From positions 186,552 through 250,551 of the IMG/VR virus record IMGVR_UViG_3300027963_000034: DNA of 64,000 bases. One strand, written 5' to 3'. The notes under the pieces were generated by a model that made no database searches, had not been told where the DNA came from, and saw nothing but the letters and a program-made list of their open reading frames with translations. The stretch comes from a virus. Its lineage: Duplodnaviria; Heunggongvirae; Uroviricota; Caudoviricetes. Numbering within the stretch: the stretch's first letter is position 1; each line of letters starts with the position of its first letter. The position numbers and the translations under genes were made by a program. Below, piece after piece: positions 47,057-55,750 of the stretch.

Positions 47057-47228
47057 ACTATTTAATTTTTTTATCGTATTGTTTTGTAATTGTGATTGAT
47101 TGTAATTCGGTATTACTCTTTGCTATTGTCATAATAACTGAATAACTCAATCCCTTTATTGTAATCTTATCACCCGATTGAGATACTATTTTAATATCGT
47201 GTAGTGTTTTGTAATTCATATAATTCTA

Positions 47229-47576
47229 TTAAAGATAATCAGGCCCATATACTCCGTAACGGGCAGTTCCGTCAATGATATTTCCTCTCGCGTGTTTTGC
47301 TGGTGCTTTCCACGTTGCACATTTTAATAAATCACCTTTCTTAATTGGTGAACCTTTTAAATCACCATCAACTCTACTAATGAAACCCCAACAACCCGTA
47401 CCCTGCCATAATCGGATATACTTTTGTCCAACTTCAACTACCAACTCTTTGTATTGACTTGGCATATCTGCTTTCACATAGTAATCTTTTCGTTGAATGT
47501 TTAATTTGTTAATAAAGTTGGCAACAATAGGATTACCTTTAAGATACTCTATTGCTTTTTGATTTGTCGTTCTCAT
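47229..47576 (-). CDS. hypothetical protein
   Basis: 115-aa ORF. Confidence 0.4.
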   Translation of the reverse strand: MRTTNQKAIEYLKGNPIVANFINKLNIQRKDYYVKADMPSQYKELVVEVGQKYIRLWQGTGCWGFISRVDGDLKGSPIKKGDLLKCATWKAPAKHARGNIIDGTARYGVYGPDYL

Positions 47577-47577
47577 A

Positions 47578-47880
47578 TTATCTATCGTTGTTTAATGTGA
47601 ATAATTTTTTCTCACTTTTCACTTCTTGCATTCTATCATCTTCGGTAAACCCCGCACTATCGTATTCGGGTTCATCATCCATTACTTGATACTCATTATG
47701 TAAAGCAGTTTGTATTTTATCCAACAACTGAATTGACTTACTTAATTCTTTATCAAAATACTTTTCTAATTCGGGTGTAGTTCTTTTAGCTATCTCAACC
47801 AATTCTTTGTGAGACTCTACTCCTTTACTAACCACATAATAAAGGTCATTCAATTCCATCAATGTTAATTCTAAATTCAT
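47578..47880 (-). CDS. hypothetical protein
   Basis: 100-aa ORF. Confidence 0.4.
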   Translation of the reverse strand: MNLELTLMELNDLYYVVSKGVESHKELVEIAKRTTPELEKYFDKELSKSIQLLDKIQTALHNEYQVMDDEPEYDSAGFTEDDRMQEVKSEKKLFTLNNDR

Positions 47881-47890
47881 ATATTTTATT

Positions 47891-48178
47891 TTAATTATGT
47901 TTCATGCCTTTACATACACCATACCCTTGTCTTTGAGACAACTTATACAATCTATTTGCATCTTCCATTGGCATGATTTGTATCTCATTACCAGTTTTGT
48001 GGTTAGCAATTGCAACACCACCAACTTTTTGTGTAGTCGAACAATTAACACAACTTTTGTAACCATATTTCACTACTCGTAAAACTGGCATATCACCACC
48101 ACACTTAATACATTGTGTCATTTCTAATTTTACTTTTACTCCTTTCATAATATTATAATTCAAAGTTATCAAATACAT
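47891..48178 (-). CDS. C4 zinc-ribbon protein (TraR/DksA-like)
   Basis: CIKCGGDMPVLRVVKYGYKSCVNC gives a CxxC-N17-CxxC arrangement. Confidence 0.35.
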   Translation of the reverse strand: MYLITLNYNIMKGVKVKLEMTQCIKCGGDMPVLRVVKYGYKSCVNCSTTQKVGGVAIANHKTGNEIQIMPMEDANRLYKLSQRQGYGVCKGMKHN

Positions 48179-48542
48179 AAGGTTTAAACCAACCTCTAAT
48201 TACTCTATGTGTTAAATCGTTTCCGTTACTATCCACATCATTGTATCTTTGTGGTACGACTGATATAACTTCATCTAACAAATCGTGTCCGTCATACCTA
48301 CATATACCAATGAGTGCATGTAGTTTTTCTTGGATTTGTTTTTCATTGTTACGACCTCTCATATAAACATTGTGGTCATCACTCATCATATAAGAATAGT
48401 CGTGCACTTTCACTTCATCCATAAACTCACTATACAATTTACTTTCCTCATTATACGCATCATCTCTAAATACTTCATTGTTCTTATTCATATTTTCTTT
48501 TTTTAATTTTTGTGCGAATGCAATCATTTGATAATAATTCAT
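48153..48542 (-). CDS. hypothetical protein
   Basis: 129-aa ORF. Confidence 0.4.
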   Translation of the reverse strand: MNYYQMIAFAQKLKKENMNKNNEVFRDDAYNEESKLYSEFMDEVKVHDYSYMMSDDHNVYMRGRNNEKQIQEKLHALIGICRYDGHDLLDEVISVVPQRYNDVDSNGNDLTHRVIRGWFKPYVFDNFEL

Positions 48543-48543
48543 A

Positions 48544-49386
48544 CTATTTTATTTTAATTTTACTTTGTGCTGCTTTTGTCAACATTGGGTTAACATCATA
48601 CACACTAAATTGACTATCCATTGGTATAATGAATTTGTTGTTTGCTGTGTCAATTTTATTACGAACAAACTTAAACTTCAATCCTACGATAACACCTTGC
48701 TCATCCAAATATCTCATATCGTATGCATCACCATCAATTACTTTATAACCCATAAATGTTTTAGGTAATTGTTTACCCTCAAATACGATTGCAACTCTAC
48801 CTTTGTTTTCACTTAACAACTTTAAAGATTGTAACATATTATAACCACTAAACGAATAAGTCAAATCATAGTTAGGATAGAATTGTAATAAACCAAATCG
48901 TTTAGCTACCTTTGTATAATCGTAGAACTTAACATCATCAAACAATTCAAATATTACCCTACCATTGTGTTGAAACAAAGTAGGTTCAATATCACTCGTA
49001 CCATTTAAACGAACTGAAAACCTATAACCTAATTGTTCAGCGTTATATTTAGCTTTCTCAATCTCAGCAACTAACCAACCCATAAAGAATTGTCTATGTT
49101 CAAAGAATAATTTAGTCTTTTTGATACGAGCTTTGTTGATAGCGTTCTTTTTAACGTCAATACGATTATGACCTGATTCAGTCAAACAAGCCGTTCTACA
49201 TTCTTCCGTACTCATAGGACACACATTATATCCACTTAACGATGCCGGAGCAAGATACAAAATGTAAGTCATTTCGTTATACTTCAATCCTTTGGCGATT
49301 TTTGAACTACTCGCCACACTACCTAAATAACTTAAACCCGTTTGTTTTTTGGCATTACCAATTGTTGTAAATTTCATACTACTCAT
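48544..49386 (-). CDS. hypothetical protein with N-terminal Cys cluster
   Basis: 280 aa with CPMSTEECRTAC. First gene downstream of the second iteron-bearing repeat. Confidence 0.45.
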   Translation of the reverse strand: MSSMKFTTIGNAKKQTGLSYLGSVASSSKIAKGLKYNEMTYILYLAPASLSGYNVCPMSTEECRTACLTESGHNRIDVKKNAINKARIKKTKLFFEHRQFFMGWLVAEIEKAKYNAEQLGYRFSVRLNGTSDIEPTLFQHNGRVIFELFDDVKFYDYTKVAKRFGLLQFYPNYDLTYSFSGYNMLQSLKLLSENKGRVAIVFEGKQLPKTFMGYKVIDGDAYDMRYLDEQGVIVGLKFKFVRNKIDTANNKFIIPMDSQFSVYDVNPMLTKAAQSKIKIK

Positions 49387-49424
49387 ATTAAGATTTTTTT
49401 ATATATACTACTAAATTTGTACTT

Positions 49425-49690
49425 ACAGGTGTAAGATACGACTTTTTTGGTTACTGGCCAAACATTTTGGAAAAATCGTTCATTGACTATCAACGAGTTA
49501 CGCAATACCCTACTTTTTGGGGACGTAACTCGTTGATACTCAATCAAGAATTTTTCTATTGATTTTCAATGACTTATGAATGACATAACTAACCCATTGA
49601 TAATCAATAAGTTATGAAACACTCATAAGTCATTGAAAATCAATGGGTTATATAACTCATTGACTATCAATCAGTTATATTTATGTATTA
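49425..49690. repeat. intergenic repeat element, copy 2 (iteron-like inverted repeats)
   Basis: acaggtgtaagatacgactttttt, ctggccaaacattttggaaaa, cattgactatcaacgagttacgc, ggacgtaactcgttgatactcaatcaagaattttt, plus extra palindromic TTGATAATCAA-type sites. Homologous to 25120-25330. Confidence 0.6.
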
Positions 49691-50800
49691 TTCGTAGTCG
49701 TTTCTATCAATATTAATAACATACGGAAAACGAGGTATACCATCCGGAGTTAAATTAAAATATTTGATTGTTGCCTGCTTACCTATTAATTGTTTACGAT
49801 TTCTAAACATTTCTTCACTTTGTTCAAATGTTGCTTTCACATTAGATTTAAAAGGTTTACCATCTGCAGTTTCAAATACCATATAACCAACCATATTAGT
49901 TTTGTTACCCTCACCCTCACAAACATCTATAATCTCATATTCCTCATCTATGAACGATTTATGCTTCATTAAAAATTTACTTCGTTTGTTTTCATATTTA
50001 CCATTTGTTCTTAACATCTGACCTTCAAATCCAGCGTCCACATAATCCTCATACAAATCCATAACATCATCTTCGTTATTACAATTTGCCGTTTCAACTA
50101 ATACACAATGTTGTTCAAATTTATTTAAGTAATTATCAAACAATACATCCAATCTATAACATCTTTCACCAAAATTGTAATCTTCACTTGGTATATCGTA
50201 AATCCAATACTGAATATTCTTTTTACTTTCTTTTAAGTCTGCATCAGTTGGTTTACTTTTCTTAACCAATGATACAATCTTATTAAAGTCATTTGCGAAT
50301 TTGTCAGCATATAACTCACCATCCAATATCAATTCAGGATATGCTTCAAATACTTCACTTAAACTTTCTATGATATGTGGTGCTGAAATAATTGGTTTAC
50401 CATTACGACTAAACATACCATCTTTTGTTACAATACAACGAATACCATCTAACTTCGGTTGTGAGAATATTGGGTATGTAATTTTATCTTTACTATCTTC
50501 CCACTTACTCGCCAACATTGGTTCAAAGTATTGTGTTTTGTTTATGTGTTTAATATTTTCAAAGTAACCACTTTCCAACTTCTTTGTTCTTTTAGCAACT
50601 GCTTCTTTAAGAGCTTGTTCGTTATCGGTAGTGCCATTTGCCTTACCTTCGTTCTTACCATACACTACCGTCCATGTATTTGTTGTAATTATTCCCCCAC
50701 ATTGACCACTATGAGTTCGGTATTTATTATCCGATACTTCAATTGTCCATTCTTGTGTTGCACCTGTCTTTGTCTTTTTGTATATTGTATCTAATTTCAT
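49688..50800 (-). CDS. lig: ATP-dependent DNA ligase
   Basis: SQPKLDGIRCIV carries the KxDGxR motif I (adenylated Lys). Downstream blocks (DGELY, EGQMLR) fit the nucleotidyltransferase core. Confidence 0.85.
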   Translation of the reverse strand: MKLDTIYKKTKTGATQEWTIEVSDNKYRTHSGQCGGIITTNTWTVVYGKNEGKANGTTDNEQALKEAVAKRTKKLESGYFENIKHINKTQYFEPMLASKWEDSKDKITYPIFSQPKLDGIRCIVTKDGMFSRNGKPIISAPHIIESLSEVFEAYPELILDGELYADKFANDFNKIVSLVKKSKPTDADLKESKKNIQYWIYDIPSEDYNFGERCYRLDVLFDNYLNKFEQHCVLVETANCNNEDDVMDLYEDYVDAGFEGQMLRTNGKYENKRSKFLMKHKSFIDEEYEIIDVCEGEGNKTNMVGYMVFETADGKPFKSNVKATFEQSEEMFRNRKQLIGKQATIKYFNLTPDGIPRFPYVINIDRNDYE

Positions 50801-50801
50801 A

Positions 50802-51155
50802 TTAATTTGTTTTATTTTTTATATTTGAATGTTTCCACCACCAATGTGTCTTTCGTAACACTTCCGATATTTCAACCAATAATGATGTCAAACATTTTAC
50901 TTCTGATAAAGTAATTTTGCGTTCCGTTGCCATTTGTAATCCCATACAAAATAATCGGTATGTTCCATTATATTCGTTACGAACTAAATGAATTTCTTTT
51001 GGTTTATTCCAGCCACCATCACCACTATCAATTAAGTCAAATTCAAATACATACGCCTGTTCATTCATTTTATTTGTTGTAGTTGTTACATGATAAATCT
51101 CTCTGCCATAACAGGTCATATTTATTACCTTATCTATATTCTTTATTGTTAACAT
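50802..51155 (-). CDS. MLTIKN-family protein
   Basis: Starts MLTIKNIDKVINM and carries the family's AYVFEFDL aromatic block. Confidence 0.45.
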   Translation of the reverse strand: MLTIKNIDKVINMTCYGREIYHVTTTTNKMNEQAYVFEFDLIDSGDGGWNKPKEIHLVRNEYNGTYRLFCMGLQMATERKITLSEVKCLTSLLVEISEVLRKTHWWWKHSNIKNKTN

Positions 51156-51156
51156 A

Positions 51157-51450
51157 CTATAAATCTTTTAATGCTTGATTAAATGTCCATTTCATATTTT
51201 TAATCACACCAAAATAGTCAGCTGATATCCAATGACTAATAAATCTACCATTATCAACTCTATATAGATTTTTACTATCTTCTGCATCCCACTTTGGTTG
51301 TCTAAAAATATCAATAGTTACCCAATTTGTATCGGTATCTTGAAATGAAAAACAATATCTATCATCATGTTCTTCTGCTTCCCTTAATGTGTATTTGCCA
51401 TCTGCAAAATTCATTCCTAATATATCGGTTGGATTTTTTATTACTAACAT
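51157..51450 (-). CDS. MLTIKN-family protein
   Basis: Starts MLVIKNPTDILGM. Confidence 0.45.
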   Translation of the reverse strand: MLVIKNPTDILGMNFADGKYTLREAEEHDDRYCFSFQDTDTNWVTIDIFRQPKWDAEDSKNLYRVDNGRFISHWISADYFGVIKNMKWTFNQALKDL

Positions 51451-51451
51451 A

Positions 51452-51820
51452 TTAAATTGATTTTGCCATATTATAAAATACTTTTTTTAGTCCACCTAAT
51501 GAACTTAACTTTGATTTGGTAACCATTACTTTTGTCAAAGGTAAAGTACGATTATTTTCTCTTAATTCAAGCATATTTACATGTGCAGGTTCACCATTGG
51601 CATCGGTGTGTGGTATAAACAAACTAATAGTTATTTTTTCTGGAACTGAATAACTTTGTTTTACTTCACTTAAAGAAATAAGGTAATCTTTACCTCCCGG
51701 TGTTAATGCTAATTCATTTACACCAGTACAAACATACATTTGTTTTTCTGCATTGAATAAAGGAATATTAAATTGTATACCTTTCAAAAATTGTGGGTTT
51801 TTCTTTCTTATCTTTTTCAT
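51452..51820 (-). CDS. hypothetical protein
   Basis: 122-aa ORF. Confidence 0.4.
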   Translation of the reverse strand: MKKIRKKNPQFLKGIQFNIPLFNAEKQMYVCTGVNELALTPGGKDYLISLSEVKQSYSVPEKITISLFIPHTDANGEPAHVNMLELRENNRTLPLTKVMVTKSKLSSLGGLKKVFYNMAKSI

Positions 51821-52341
51821 TATCTATTCAATTTTGTTATACATTCATCAACTTTATCTCTCAACTTACCACCATATCCAAAATCACCATCAACTTGTAC
51901 ATGCCTCCATTGTGGAATACCTAATGACTTATATCCAAAGTTTAATTGCATATCATCAATAGAAATCCAATTAGTAGGTTTGAATGACTTAACCCACATT
52001 TCAATCTCACATGCTCTATCCCATTCTAACGATGAACTCATTTTCTTACGGGGATTAAAATGTGTTGTAGTATCTAATAAGTTCCACCTACCAATACCAT
52101 AGTGTTCAAATATCATACGCAACTGATAGAAACCAAAATGTTTTTTCCAGTCAGACGATACTACTAATTGTGCATCGGTTTGTTTTATAATCTCACTCAA
52201 TGCATCACACTCAGCCTTATCCCATGCGTAAGGTATTGTAAACTCATTCATTGTTCCTTCCATTATTTTCACTTTACCATCTCCCCAACTTCCCCATGCA
52301 AGTGGGCCATCTACATCTATGAATATTACTTTACCTCTCAT
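51820..52341 (-). CDS. HAD-superfamily phosphatase
   Basis: N-terminal VIFIDVDGPLA is HAD motif I (DxDG). 173 aa. Confidence 0.5.
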   Translation of the reverse strand: MRGKVIFIDVDGPLAWGSWGDGKVKIMEGTMNEFTIPYAWDKAECDALSEIIKQTDAQLVVSSDWKKHFGFYQLRMIFEHYGIGRWNLLDTTTHFNPRKKMSSSLEWDRACEIEMWVKSFKPTNWISIDDMQLNFGYKSLGIPQWRHVQVDGDFGYGGKLRDKVDECITKLNR

Positions 52342-52344
52342 AAC

Positions 52345-52608
52345 TTATTTCATTATCTTATTAACTAATCCGTTCCAATCTTGTCTTTCTATCTTATCTG
52401 CATTATACATTTCGAATTCATCCTTATCCTTATCGTTCTTTAATACAATAAGGTGATACTCATTATTCATATCCGATTTGTATATTATTTCACAAACATT
52501 TTTTTGTTCTTCATCACTCATTGAATTTCTAAACCTCATTACGAATACAGGTTTAGGTTTTAGTTGTGTTACCGATGGAATTGAATTATTTGGTATTAAA
52601 TGTGACAT
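52345..52608 (-). CDS. hypothetical protein
   Basis: 87-aa ORF. Confidence 0.35.
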   Translation of the reverse strand: MSHLIPNNSIPSVTQLKPKPVFVMRFRNSMSDEEQKNVCEIIYKSDMNNEYHLIVLKNDKDKDEFEMYNADKIERQDWNGLVNKIMK

Positions 52609-52611
52609 ATC

Positions 52612-52941
52612 TTATAATTTATTGTAATAGTGTTCAAATTGTAATACTCTATTGTGTGCCCAATCAACAAATGAATTAATTGTTTTCATAGGTTGACTAG
52701 TAAAGTTTCCACTATAAATGGTATCAATCCAATTCCTTCCATCCCCATTCTTTGCTCTCTTTATTTCATATGTTTCGTTTTCCCAATCTATAACAAATGC
52801 CAAAACATAATTGCTATTATCAGGTAGAGTAAATATCCACAATTCAGGGTCTACACCATTCGTTGAAAATTTATATTTACCACCTGTTCTAGTTGCAAAT
52901 TTTAAATCATCTATTTTTTTAAAATTCTCTGGCTGTTTCAT
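52612..52941 (-). CDS. hypothetical protein
   Basis: 109-aa ORF. Confidence 0.4.
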   Translation of the reverse strand: MKQPENFKKIDDLKFATRTGGKYKFSTNGVDPELWIFTLPDNSNYVLAFVIDWENETYEIKRAKNGDGRNWIDTIYSGNFTSQPMKTINSFVDWAHNRVLQFEHYYNKL

Positions 52942-52949
52942 AATCTATT

Positions 52950-53267
52950 TTATTTGTTTGTTACATTATCCCAATCATACAATACTTCTTTGAAATAGTT
53001 AAGTAATGTGAATGGGTCTTTTACATCATGCAATCCAAAACCATATTCCAATGGCGTAGAATTTATACCATCCCATAACTTCATTGTGAATGAATTTTTA
53101 TCGTTTCTATTAGGATGTCTATCCATATGAACTTTAAATGTAGTTGAATGAATGTTATCATGTTCAAATGTAAATTCATAAAAGTCAGGTTCACATTCCC
53201 AACCCATTACTTCAACTTGTTGTGAATTGATTGCTATTATTTTTTCTATATTCTCTATCGTTAACAT
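52950..53267 (-). CDS. MLTIKN-family protein
   Basis: Starts MLTIENIEKIIAI and carries the family's FYEFTFEH aromatic block. Confidence 0.45.
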   Translation of the reverse strand: MLTIENIEKIIAINSQQVEVMGWECEPDFYEFTFEHDNIHSTTFKVHMDRHPNRNDKNSFTMKLWDGINSTPLEYGFGLHDVKDPFTLLNYFKEVLYDWDNVTNK

Positions 53268-53268
53268 A

Positions 53269-53532
53269 CTACAATTGTTGTATTTTTTCCATTACATCGG
53301 TTACATCTTGTGGTCTTAAATAACCAATTACATCATCCGTAATTGGTGTGTCGTAACATATCTCACCATCTTTGAAAACGGCTAATTCATATAATCCCTT
53401 TTCACCACCATAAGAGTATTGACTTTTCACTACTGATACTTCGTACCCATTGTCAAATTTTGTTCTACTTACAATTCCATATTCTTCACCCATTGGGTTT
53501 GATTTGAATATTATGTCTTTAAATGTTTTCAT
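53269..53532 (-). CDS. hypothetical protein
   Basis: 87-aa ORF. Confidence 0.4.
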   Translation of the reverse strand: MKTFKDIIFKSNPMGEEYGIVSRTKFDNGYEVSVVKSQYSYGGEKGLYELAVFKDGEICYDTPITDDVIGYLRPQDVTDVMEKIQQL

Positions 53533-54112
53533 CTTTGTATAATTTTAATAATCGTTCACTCATTTGTTTGTATCTCATATTGAACTTATTGCTCATCATT
53601 GAAATAACTTTTTGATTGCTATATGGAGAATTATCAGGTGCACTCCACTTACGAGTATGATACATATAATTGTAAAACATCACATAAGCATTTGCTTTCC
53701 TAATGTAATCATCTATGTCAATGTTCAAATCCCATTTCTTCATTAAGGCAACCGACCTCTTTTCGTTATCTAACTCTAAGTCTCTACTTTGTCCTAATGC
53801 GGTTTTGATACCTCTAACACTTTTACCACTCAACCATTCATCTACTTTTGCTAAAGCTTCACAACCTTGTGTCCAAACTTTCACTCCATCAGTCCATTGT
53901 GTTAAATGACAATATTCGTGTACCAATATACCCAACCAATCAGGTCTATTCATTGCTACTGCCAATTTTTTTTCTTCATCGTCAAAGTAACCACTACATT
54001 TTATATTACCACTCAACTTTAAATATTTCACAGGTCTTAAATCACATTTGATACCATTTTCTTTACATTGTTTTTTGACCCATTGTATAAATCTTTTTTC
54101 TTTTGCTCTCAT
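53519..54112 (-). CDS. HExxH-motif protein (putative metallopeptidase)
   Basis: GILVHEYCHLTQW. 197 aa. Confidence 0.35.
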   Translation of the reverse strand: MRAKEKRFIQWVKKQCKENGIKCDLRPVKYLKLSGNIKCSGYFDDEEKKLAVAMNRPDWLGILVHEYCHLTQWTDGVKVWTQGCEALAKVDEWLSGKSVRGIKTALGQSRDLELDNEKRSVALMKKWDLNIDIDDYIRKANAYVMFYNYMYHTRKWSAPDNSPYSNQKVISMMSNKFNMRYKQMSERLLKLYKDENI

Positions 54113-54198
54113 ATTATTTTTTTATTATGTAATTGGTAGATAAAACGATAGGGGATAGAACTTAATCTACCCCCATTTCGTTCTCACCATTAAAACTA

Positions 54199-55515
54199 CT
54201 ACCAAACGATAGTCTCATCATCGGTTGTCTCACCATCTTTCACTTCATTGAAAAGTTGTGATTCATCTTCCGATTTAATAAATTTTTGTATTAATTGTTT
54301 GATAAATACCCTCTCACTATCCAAACCACCATCGTTACTGAAATAAGGTAAGATTGCAATTTCTGCGGCTTCCATTAAAGAGAAACCATCATAAATCAAA
54401 CCTGCTGCCTCAACATTCACACGGGTAGATACGATAGTAGAAATCTTACTCATATCGGTTTTGATTAATTGACGAGTAGTATCAGCAATTTCTGCTAATG
54501 CACTTAACGAATAATCGTCTGCATTTGGAAATTTGAATTTTAACAATTCGTATTCACTTTGTTTATCCAACAAGTCCATTTCGATTTGAACAAAACGGTC
54601 CATAATAGCTCTATCCATAATACGAGTACTGGTATATTCGTTCCCGATATTGGCGGTCGCAATAAAAGTCACGCCATTGGCAACTTTTACAATTGGTGAA
54701 CCTTCTGCCTCATCCAATCGTAAGTATCTTTGACCACTATCCAACACAGTCATTAAGATATTCCAAGCCTCTGGGTGAGAACGAGAAATCTCATCTAATA
54801 AGATAATTGCGTTTGGTGTTTTAATTGCTTTAACGAAAGCAGATTCACTAAAAAATGTACCACTCTCTTTGTTAAAGTGTGTGTTACCAATAAGTGTTGC
54901 TCTCGGGTCTTGCGTAGCACCTAAATTGAAATAGAAATCAGGTCGTTTCAATGAACGAACTAATGATTGAGCGGCTAATGTTTTACCACAACCAGTCGGT
55001 CCGGTCATCATAATATTTTTACCTCTAACCGCTGAACGAATTAAGTATTTCCACTTTAAGTTCTCAATAAATAATCCGATTGGTTTTAGTTCCTCACCTT
55101 TGGTATGGATAAATTCTTTAAGATGTTCATGTGTTTCAAATGCTTCACTTACACTATCACACGCACTATCTTCAATTACATTTGCGAGTTTTTTGAACTC
55201 ATCCATTTCAACCATTTTGTAAGATACATTACCATTCTTACCAACGAATGCTCTTAATGCTTTATCTTCGGTAAGAGCTTGTTTCATTTTTGCCTTTGAT
55301 ATTCCGGCAACTTTTGTAACTACATCATTATTTGTAGTCATCAATGCGAAACTTCTACCGATTTGAATAGATTTATAACACTCATTTGTGAAACCAACAT
55401 TGGTATCAACTGTCTTTTTTCGTGTGCTTACACGTTTTGCTGTTCTACGAGCCATAGTTTTTGTTTTAGTAGTTTTAACTTTATTAACTTTTTTGTTACT
55501 TTGATTAGTACGCAT
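54199..55515 (-). CDS. cobS: AAA+ ATPase of the MoxR/CobS (AAA_5) type
   Basis: Walker A GPTGCGKT, Walker B ILLDEISRS, sensor region ATANIGNE. Immediately downstream of a VWA-domain gene, as in CobS/CobT pairs. Confidence 0.6.
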   Translation of the reverse strand: MRTNQSNKKVNKVKTTKTKTMARRTAKRVSTRKKTVDTNVGFTNECYKSIQIGRSFALMTTNNDVVTKVAGISKAKMKQALTEDKALRAFVGKNGNVSYKMVEMDEFKKLANVIEDSACDSVSEAFETHEHLKEFIHTKGEELKPIGLFIENLKWKYLIRSAVRGKNIMMTGPTGCGKTLAAQSLVRSLKRPDFYFNLGATQDPRATLIGNTHFNKESGTFFSESAFVKAIKTPNAIILLDEISRSHPEAWNILMTVLDSGQRYLRLDEAEGSPIVKVANGVTFIATANIGNEYTSTRIMDRAIMDRFVQIEMDLLDKQSEYELLKFKFPNADDYSLSALAEIADTTRQLIKTDMSKISTIVSTRVNVEAAGLIYDGFSLMEAAEIAILPYFSNDGGLDSERVFIKQLIQKFIKSEDESQLFNEVKDGETTDDETIVW

Positions 55516-55549
55516 GATTTTATAATGTTTAATTGGTGATTGATATGTC

Positions 55550-55581
55550 TAATATACGAAAAATATTTGATACTACCAAAT
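55550..55581 (-). promoter_or_regulatory. conserved phage promoter motif (sigma-A-like), upstream of the cobS-like gene
   Basis: taatatacgaa-N10-tactaccaaat. Confidence 0.5.
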
Positions 55582-55622
55582 CTATTTATAATTGATTGAT
55601 TTTTAACTCTTTATACAAAGTA

Positions 55623-55680
55623 AAAACCCCTAATACATAAGTCATTGATTATCAACGATTTAGTGTTTTAGGGGTATTTT
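55623..55680. repeat. long stem-loop carrying a TTGATTATCAA palindrome (aaaaccccta...taggggtatttt)
   Basis: The inverted repeat aaaaccccta/taggggtttt encloses cataagtcattgattatcaacg. Related sequence occurs at 58203-58226 and 49600-49650. On the minus strand it is followed by a T-run. Confidence 0.45.
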
Positions 55681-55750
55681 ACCCTATTTTTATATATGTG
55701 TGAATGGGGACTCGTTTGAGCCCCACGTTTCACTTTGGGGCTTTCCGAGC

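Noticed and set aside
48544-49386. Considered a Gp37/Gp68 (DUF5131)-type Fe-S phage protein because of the N-terminal Cys cluster
   Set aside because: The family's N-terminal IEWT/NPxxGC blocks are absent. Only the Cys cluster CPMSTEECRTAC is noted.
55681-55750. GC-rich hairpins (ggggactcgtttgagcccc; ggctttccgagcc) downstream of the cobT-like gene, considered as terminators
   Set aside because: On the minus strand they are not followed by a U-run. The better terminator candidate is the accccta...taggggt stem at 55623-55680, which is followed by TTTTTACTTT. Left unannotated as features.
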